Shown here in pieces: positions 56,197 to 64,000 of a stretch of DNA of 64,000 bases. How positions within the stretch are numbered: position 1 is the first letter of the stretch; each line of letters opens with the position of its first letter. A model generated the notes under the pieces. It saw only the letters and a list, made by a program, of their open reading frames with translations, did not search any database and was not told where the DNA came from. The DNA lies in assembly GCA_050273025.1 (NCBI GenBank), contig CP158635.1, positions 7,626,001 to 7,690,000 of the forward strand, written 5' to 3'. This DNA is from Cenococcum geophilum. Lineage: Eukaryota. The translations under genes and the position numbers were made by a program.

Positions 56197-57395
56197 TATA
56201 TTACTAGCCATTACGGGCTAAGATATCGGGGGACGGTATAGCAGTAGTGGCAGTAATGGCAGTAAGGCAGTAAGGCAGTAGGGTAGTAATAGGACAGCAC
56301 TTGGTTTCGGGCTAATATTATATCTAGAGGTATTGCTTTTATAATAAGGTATATTATTTTATTATATAACTACTTCTATAACTGCCCTATAGGGCCAGTA
56401 AAACCTCTATAAGTGCCCTATAGGGTCTAGTAAACACTCCCTTTTTCCTCCCTTCTCCCCCCTCCCCCTCCTCTACCCCCCTCCTCTACCCCTCCTCTAC
56501 CTCCCCTCCCCTACTCCTTATCCTTCTCCCCCTTCTACTGCTTAACTATATCCGCCAAATAGCGGAGCAGCCCCGTAACCTACTGGCGCCGTACGGGGCG
56601 GGGACGGCCGCGGGTAGGCGGGGCCTCCTCTTTATTATCGTCGTCGTCGTCATTATCGTTATCGTCGTTATTGTCGGCGGTAGTAATGGCAGCGGCGGGA
56701 GGGACCAAGGCGTGGGAGGACGCGCGGCCGCGGCGGACCGGCAGGGTGGTGGCGGTGGCTACGGCAGGGGCAGACGCTATTATCTCTATTCTATCTATCG
56801 CAGTCACATAAGGGGATATTTTAATTTTTGTATAATTGGGAGGCGCAGGGCTATAAGGTCGCTCTAGGGCTAGTTCTTAGCAGTTTTGCTAGTTCCTAGC
56901 ACTTAAATCTGCTAAGGATTTGCCCTAAAGCGGCCAGATATCCCTAACCGTAAGCCTATAGCTGCAAGACTATCTAACTATAGTGGTCGCATTAAGGCTA
57001 GCTCTTAGTGGTTTTGCTAGTTCCTAGCACCTACTAAAGAATTGCCTTAAAGCGCTATCTATATATAATGTATACTAAGTGTAAGGGATGGCGGGTGGAG
57101 AAAGCGAATTAGCCACGTAGTGACTACGTTTAATATTCGCGAATATTGCGGAAGGTCTTAGCATTGTGCGTTGCTAAGGTAGATGCTGCTAAGTAATATA
57201 TAGACGCTAGTATCTATCTATCGCAGTCACGTAAGGGGATATTTTAATTTTTGTATAATTAGGAGGTGTAGGGCTATAAGGTCGCTCTAGGGCTAGTTCT
57301 TAGCAGTTTTACTAGTTCCTAGCACTTAAATCTGCTAAGGATTTGCCTTAAAGCGGCCAGATGTCCCTAAGTAAAGCTCCTACGCCTAATAAGAC

Positions 57396-57546
57396 ATTAC
57401 TGCATTCTGCCATATTCTACTAAATTCTGCCACCTTATTGCATTCTGCCAAATTTTACCACATTATCGCATTCTGCCAAATTCTGCTATATTATTGCATT
57501 CTGCCAAGTTCTGCTATATTATCGTATTCTGCTATATTCTGCCAAC
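57396..57546. repeat. attctgcca-based short tandem repeats in the Ngaro 3' non-coding region
   Basis: About five ~28-bp units attattgcattctgccaaattctgccac. Confidence 0.8.
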
Positions 57547-57679
57547 CCTAAGTTATAAGCCAACTAATCAGGATTTTCTATGCCCGGCATAGAAAATCGC
57601 TATTAGCTCGCTTACTACTAGCGCCTTAGCGGCCCTCTTAACATCTTAACCTATTATATAGTAATCCTTACGCTAAGAG

Positions 57680-58750
57680 CGGTATACTACGCTAAAAGTA
57701 AGAGTTAAGGTAACGGAGGTTAGTAGTCTTAGTTCTAATATATAGGCGAAAGGCTTCTAATAACCACCAACTTAGCTGCTAAATTTACTGGTATAAACAC
57801 CCTAAATCTTTAGCGAACTAGGCAGCGCCCTAGCGGAAGGAGTAGTTTAAGTAACTACTTAGGTTAATCCCAGCAGCTACTAAATGGGAGGAAAGGATCT
57901 TATAAACCCCTAGAAAGGTAAAGGGTTTACTATTAAGACTAAATAAGAGAGAGTTAAGGGGTTAAGGGTCCCTATTAAACAGCTTTATTATAATAGCAAC
58001 TAGGCATAATAGGCCGCCTACCGCCGTGATGGCGATGTTAACGCCCTAGTATTACTTATCAGCTTTACTCTATTTAAGGTAGAATATCATCCTATTAGGC
58101 GTAAAGGTAATATCGTATCAAGTGGCCTTTTTCGCTAGAAAGGTTATTTAGTTTTTAAGCTCCGCCGTAGTATATATAATTTTGCCTATCTATAGAAATC
58201 TAGCAAATATAAGGGTAAATACGGTATTAGTGTTAACATCTAGTAGCAATAGGCCGTGTATTACTACCTAGGCTAGAATGTCCCTAGTAATAGATTGCTT
58301 ATCCTTTTTTACTAAGGGAGAGATAGCGGCTGCTCCGGCGAGTAATTGGTGTACTATAGGATCCTTAAATGCTATAATTAAGATACCGTAATCTATATAG
58401 CGCGAGCGAATTACGGAGACGTAGGCTTATAAGGTTTCAGCCTTAAGCCTACCTATCTATAGCTAGGAGGTACTAAACGCGCGGCAGGTAATCTATTCGC
58501 CTAGTTTACGCGGCTTAGCTAGGTAGGGGGAGACTCCTTTAAGTGCGCAGTATAACTCCTAGCTATTAACTACTAAGGAATAGTTTCTATAGGTTGCTAG
58601 CGTAAGGCCGTTCTAAAAAAGGAGTGCGTAAAGGTTAAATAGCGCGTTAATATTATCTTTAAAGTTTATAAGCGGTTATAAGTAGTCCATTAGGTTTACG
58701 GCACCTATTAAAAACTTATTAGCTTTAGTAGTAATAAATTAAGGGCCTAG
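57680..58750 (-). pseudogene. tyrosine recombinase of the Ngaro element
   Basis: LK*SKADK*Y*GV (~58040-58078), NYSFR*GAA*FA (~57812-57848; HSFRRGAA) and QLSWWLLEAFRLYI (~57737-57778; LGRWxSxAFxxY). Confidence 0.88.
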
Positions 58751-58759
58751 TATAGGCAG

Positions 58760-60400
58760 AACTAATAGATAGCCGCGGCCTAGAATTAAGATAGTGTATT
58801 AGCTAAGCTATTTAAATTACCTAGGATCTACTTTACGGATATTGTGATATCGTAAGCTATAGCAGCTAGCATAATCTTATGGAGCAATTCATTTGCTACG
58901 CTACAGATAACGGTCTTCTTAATACCCTAGTAAACCACTATGCTATTGGTGTAAATAGATAGCGCGCTATACTGCTAGTTAGTAGACCATAGATTAAATA
59001 CGTAAGTAATAGTATATATCTCTTTCGGATTAATATAGTCTACTTATTAACTAGGCTTAGGCAATATACTAAACGCCTAAGATTAAGGGAGGTTGGCTGT
59101 ATACTACTACTAGTTATCCTTATATTTAAGTTTCTTAAAAAAGTAAAAGCCGCTAAACCTAAACTGGGTAAAGGTGTTAGTAAAGAGATAAATATGGGTA
59201 TGCTTAACGTTATTAAAGAACAATACCCTATTACTTATAGTAAGTAGGTTAAGCTAGATACATAAGTTACTTTATAACTTAGTACTAAATCGCCTAGGTT
59301 TATACTTATTTACTAAAGTCTCCGGCTAAGTAGTAATAAAGATCTAAAGGGATCTAGAGTAAGATTAACCAAGTTTAATTACGTGGGCGTACTATATAAG
59401 GTAGCCCGTAAGCTACTAGGCTTAAAAGAACGATAATAAGCTATATTAAAGTGTGGTAGTGACTTTCTTAATAGCACGTAATTATTTCTGTGGTAATAAT
59501 TACGTTTACATTTATACGGTGTCAATAGTATATCCTAGAACTTTAATAATAGTTCCTGTTATATTTTTAGAGCTATTTTAAGGGATACCTAGGGAGTTAG
59601 TAATAGAGATATAAGTCTAAGTAACAGCCGCTAAGTTATTTAGGTTAGTAAAAATAAAGATAAAGTTATTTAGGTAGTGTTTTACCTTATAAGGCAGTTA
59701 TAAATAGAGTATTTAGTATAGGCCTTCTATAAAGAGGTTAAATATAAGCGGCGCAGTTTAAAGACTAAAGGATAGGCAGTATTTTTAGTAGGTAACACCT
59801 TCCTAGGAGAAGCCTATTAATGTTCTTACCCTATAAGATAAGGGGACTATATGGAACGCGTCTTTAATATCTCTTTTAAGTAGCAGATATCTATAACCTA
59901 CAGAAATAATGTAGGCTTAAATAGCGGTAACTGTAGTATATACTAGTGCTCTATATTCTTCTAGGATTACGTTATTAACTAAAAATGCTAGTAGAAAGGA
60001 GAGATCGTAAATTTAGCGGTATCCTCTATTTGATTTTAGCACTAGGCTAAGAGGTAAGACTATAATAGGCCCTATCGCGATTCTAATATATCCTTTTTTA
60101 AGGTCTAATATTATCTTTTTAGAGATAAGGTCGGCGTTATCCTAAAAGGAGTTATGGTTCCTACAAGATCTTAAGGTAGAGATAGACTTGGCTCCTATCT
60201 CGCAGCTATAGGTTAGGATGCCTACTAAAGTGGCTAGTAGATTGCCCGGGTAGTTAAATAGAAGGGAGTGCTATACTAAGATCCTTAGGGGTAATAAAGA
60301 GTAGTAGAGAGCCTTTACCTCTATAAAGGTAGAGAATAATAGTAACGTATTAGGCCTAGGTCCTAGGCATATAATTAAAGTTAGTGTTATTATTAGGCTA
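58760..60400 (-). pseudogene. DIRS-type reverse transcriptase/RNase H
   Basis: LKRDIKDAFHIVPL (~59840-59880), CLSFSL*TAPLIFNLF (~59730-59780) and HYLNNFI (~59660-59680; YLDD). Confidence 0.9.
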
Positions 60401-60409
60401 GACCCTACT

Positions 60410-61317
60410 TTATAAGGTTCGCCTTGCTGTTCCTAGGCGCAAGCTTTAGATAATATAGTATAATCTTTACTATACTTTAAGCACTTATGCGGGTATTTAC
60501 AAGCTATATTATTACAGCCTCTGCTATTAAACCTACGGCAGGTATTAGAGGTATAGGAGGTATCCAACCTAAGTCTCTTTAAGGCGGCGAAGCCGATAGC
60601 ACTAGATATTATAAGGTATGGCGCTATATACTAGGCTAGCATTTGCCAATTAGCGGGCTCTAGTTGGCCATTAGTTATTATAAAGGTATAATAGTCGAGT
60701 GCTAAGTTAAGTATATAACCTACTTAGATATACTAGGTTGATAAGGTACAAATTATATTTATTTAAAGAAGTATACTAGTGATAAGGTCCAGCGGGTATA
60801 TACAAAGGGTGCTAGTAATAACTACGTAGTTAGTAAAACCTTTAAACCAGACGCCTTTATCTATAAATAGCTTCCTATCTACCTTTACCTTCCTTATAAC
60901 TAGAGTACCATTCTTAATCTATATCTCGTCGGCGATCTCAATTTAAGCAGTATAGACTTAAAAATAGGCGAGGTTTACTAGATTGAAGGTACCCTTAAAA
61001 ATATCTAGGTAATCCCTTTTTATAACGCCAGGAAGGCGGAGTTTAAGCGACTTTACGCTAAAAGGGAGAGGCTTACCAAGGACATTAGCTATAGTAGCTG
61101 TTATAATGGCCTATAAGGCCGAAGCGGCCAAGCCTAACTATAATTAAGCCATTTAAGCTAGGTGGTATTTATGCTAATAAGCCTCCTCCGCTAGGCGGGC
61201 TTTGCGCTCTTCCTTATACTTCTAAATCTCCCTTTTATCTCAGGCTTGTTCCCTTTACTCTTTAATAATTTCGCGCTCTTCTACGGTAGCGGCGCGTATA
61301 TTAGCCTTAGACGGCAT
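60410..61317 (-). pseudogene. gag-like ORF of the Ngaro element
   Basis: C-terminal CRRFNSRGCNNIACKYPHKC (~60480-60540), a Cys/His motif typical of DIRS/Ngaro gag. ATG at 61317. Confidence 0.7.
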
Positions 61318-62394
61318 TATAGAACTAGTGGAGGAGGGTGTAACGGTTGTAGATAATAGTGTAGTTAAGGTAGGTCGTCTAGGTGGGTTTACTTATTGGG
61401 ATTATATATATGTATAAGTCTCCCAGTTAGTTATAAGCGGTAATAGTGTTATAAAATAATTCTTAAACGAATAGATAATAAATGTATAATAAATATTAAT
61501 AAGTTTAGCGATATTGAAAGCGAATTAGCCACGTAGTGACTGCGTTTAATATTCGCGAATATTGCGGGAGGTCTCAGTATTGTGTGTTGCTGAGGTAGAT
61601 GCTGCCAAGCAATATATAGACGCTAGTATAGTTATACTTTTTACCGTTTATATTGCTAACTTATAGGCCTAAAAGGAGCACCGCACCCCTTTGCTGCTAT
61701 AATGGCAGTTAGTATAGCTACTACACAGCTAGCCCGCGACTAATATATACTCCATAAATAGGCCACCGCCCCGCGTATATAACGTATAAGCTTATAGGGC
61801 TACTATACCCCAGCTTTATACTAGGGCTACCTCTATATTTAGGGCCCTGGCCTTAAGGCGGACCCCCTAGTAAACCCTAGGAGCTTTACCTAGGCTAAAA
61901 GCCTACTATAAAAACACGCCCTAAACGCGCGGTAGGGGACGCAGCGCCCGCATTATAGCTATATTAGTAGTGGTAGCTTTAGCGGCAGTAGTAAGCGCGG
62001 CAGGTAACGGATTCTAGGGTAGGAGGGCGGCGGGCTAATTAATGGCCATAAAGCCGGCCGCGGGGGGAGCGATAGAAGCGGCAGCGGTAGTGGTAGCGGT
62101 AGTGGTAGGGGCGGGGAGGGCCCTAGCGGCAGCTATAGCTACAGCAGCTATTTATATATTAGTATTTTCTTAAATTCTTAAATTCTTTTATAGTACTAAT
62201 ACTTACTAGCACGCTTATCTGCTGGGACCGAAGTCCTATATATAGGCACCCCAGCCTATAACAGCGGCGGCATAGACGGCGGCACTAAGAGGCTGCGGCC
62301 TGGCGCGGACATGGCGGCGGCAGCGGCGGTAGTAGTGATGGTGGTAGTAGTGGTGGTAGTAGTAGTGGCGGCAGCGGTGGTAGTAGTAGCAGTA

Positions 62395-64000
62395 TGTTGG
62401 AATTACAAGGTCATAAGGTCACAGCGGAGCAGTCTTGAGGGTCTAATTGATGATAGAGATGACGCAGACGATGAATATTGATTGATTCGTGATGCAGTAG
62501 ATGCGGTTGATGTCTATGTAGATTGCATGAGGACTTCGACCTCACGACGTGTCCAGAGCTTAGTTAGCACCCCCATCGCTAATTCTGACACTCCCCTATG
62601 CTGACGATGCTCTGCTCGTCTGTCCTAAATAGGCAATTATGAAGCTATTCCCAAATGCCTTATAAGCGCCATTCGGCCTACGTATAGAGGGAAAACCTAT
62701 AGTAGGCGAAAAACCTCCGTAACTTGCTCCGTTAGTTGCTCCGTTAATTACCGATTCCTAGCGTTATACAGTGCTTTGTAAATTGGTTGATTAATAGCTG
62801 TTTCGTGTTGTACGGAAGGTTAACTGTACCCTTACTGTTATAGTAGAGCGTAGGGATAAAAGGGTTGTCGTTATCTCTCTCCCCTAGATCTCTCGTCAGC
62901 TTCTTAAGCCATACTGCTAACCTTGCTCCTTCTGATGCTGCCATAATCTCTGCTTCTATTAAGCTCAATGCCGTCAACTTCTGCCTTTGAGCCATCTAGA
63001 TTACCGCTCCCCCATAGCGTATAACTGCTATGCCTTAGAATGATATCCGATTGTGTTTATTATATTATCACATTTAAGGGGGCGGATTGCAGTTGTCCAT
63101 TTTCAGCCGTTAATCTCGATTGATTTGGAAACCTATAAGTACCTCTGCAGGACCTAGGTCTTTATATCTACGATCAGCATATCGTCAACAAATAATAAGA
63201 TGTATACTTTATTTCCATCTAAAGCCATTCTCTCGGTGCCTACTTTCTTGTAGTGACGGCTTAGCTGCTACCTTCGCCATTAGGAACCTAAAGGTGTTGC
63301 ATTATATAATAGACGCAAATGTCTCGAAATAGTTAATATTGGGGGTCTGCTTGTTTCCCCGAATGTATAGTCTTGTCTTCTTGCGAATTACTTCTCCTTT
63401 GGCGTTGTACTTGTTTGGGAGTAACGACCTTCCTTCTAGTACTCTCCCCCTTATAATAGTATAGGTGTGCAGTCTCTTTAGTACGGGCGTCCCACCCTTA
63501 GCATTACCTTGCAGATTTAAGCGTCCCACTTGATCTTAACCTAGGCTTCCTACTTAATTTAAGTGGCCCACTCGGTCTTGACCTGGGCTTCCTATTTAGC
63601 TTAAGCGGCCCACTTAGTCACCATCTGGCCTACTCGTAGTTCCCACTACTGGAGTCTCTGTTGGTACTTGGTCTTAACTTAGGCTTCCCACTTAATTTAA
63701 GCGGCCCACTTAATTACTATCTTACCTACTCGCAGTTCTCGCAACTAGAGTCTCTGTTAGCGCGTTTAAGGTAGTAGGGGGAGGTCTAGGTCGGTTCGGA
63801 GCTTAGCTTATAGTGTAATTTAAGCGTCCCGCTTGATCTTAATTTAAGCGTCCCGCTTAATCTTGACCTAGGCTTCCTACTCGATCTAAGCGGCCCACTC
63901 GGTCACCCTATCTCGTAGCTTGCTTATAGTATATACCTGACGTGCTCTATAAGGGAACCTATACTTGTTATAAGCATAGCACGTTTAGGGTTAAGGTAGG
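62395..64000 (-). mobile_element. 3' part of a second, unrelated Copia element, internally deleted and running off the window
   Basis: 196-bp TG...CA LTR at 62395-62590 and PPT aggggag next to it. RNase H QRQKLTALSLIEAEIMAASEG (ORF 62744-62995). RT start KKTRLYIRGNKQTPNINYFETFAS (ORF 63302-63529). Only one LTR is visible. Confidence 0.85.
63515..63900. repeat. degenerate tandem repeats within Copia 2, upstream of RT
   Basis: Recurring ttaagcggcccact and cctaggcttcctactt blocks at ~63517, 63541, 63586, 63601, 63680, 63698, 63820, 63844, 63867 and 63888. Confidence 0.75.

Larger units (their letters stand above)
56791..61629 (-). mobile_element. Ngaro-type (DIRS order) tyrosine-recombinase retrotransposon, full length
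   Basis: Split direct repeats A1 61516-61629, B1 57214-57370, A2 57100-57213 and B2 56791-56947, in A1-ORFs-B1-A2-B2 order. No TSD relative to the empty site at 50047/50048. Gag, RT and YR motifs are present. Confidence 0.93.
56580..62312 (-). pseudogene. DUF3716-like gene of Helitron 5, split by Ngaro in its second intron
   Basis: Last exon at 56580-~56786. Remainder at 61630-62312, with the Cys-rich domain at ~61675-61840. Homologous to 49828-50776. Confidence 0.68.
51316..62394 (+). mobile_element. Helitron unit 5 (long variant), interrupted by Ngaro and Copia 2; 3' end not in the window
   Basis: Starts TCTTCTATATAC after CTCG. RepHel at 51499-56196. Sequence 56342-56790 plus 61630-62394 is collinear with unit 4 at ~49650-50850. 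Confidence 0.9.
1..64000. other. RIP-mutated, TE-only heterochromatic block of a filamentous ascomycete
   Basis: Pervasive TA excess. Homologous copies (LTR pairs, LINE copies, Helitron units) differ almost only by C>T/G>A. Stops in recognisable ORFs are TAA/TAG at positions where Q, W or R is expected. Introns are fungal-type GTAAGT..CTAAC..YAG. Confidence 0.93.

Noticed and set aside
57680..58750. YR as a Starship captain or Crypton
   Set aside because: It sits downstream of a DIRS-type RT inside the split repeats, and I see no DUF3435-like features.
57100..61629. 114-bp direct repeats read as LTRs of an LTR retrotransposon
   Set aside because: There are no TG..CA ends, TSD or integrase. 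A second repeat pair and a YR gene show Ngaro split repeats.

Overview
This is a fungal (probably Pezizomycotina) repeat block with heavy RIP-type mutation: TpA is abundant, CpA/TpG are depleted, and the copies differ mostly by C>T and G>A changes. I found no intact host gene. All products were recognised by translating by eye and reversing the RIP changes. The outermost layer is an unidentified multi-gene scaffold with a spliced SNF2-family helicase pseudogene and a 71-75 bp tandem array. Inserted into it are a full-length Copia (2729-8616), a TA-flanked MITE (8682-9104), a full-length Tad1-like LINE (12540-29014) and a head-to-tail array of five Helitrons (29210 to beyond 62394). The LINE itself contains a hAT MITE that holds a chromodomain Gypsy, plus a second, 5'-truncated copy of the same LINE. 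The Helitron array has three 5119-bp copies and two longer variants that carry an antisense DUF3716-like gene. All are joined at the same CTCG|TC junction, and each visible 3' end is a 93-nt nested hairpin with compensatory changes between variants. Helitron 5 is interrupted by an Ngaro-type tyrosine-recombinase retrotransposon (56791-61629) and by a second, internally deleted Copia that runs off the window.
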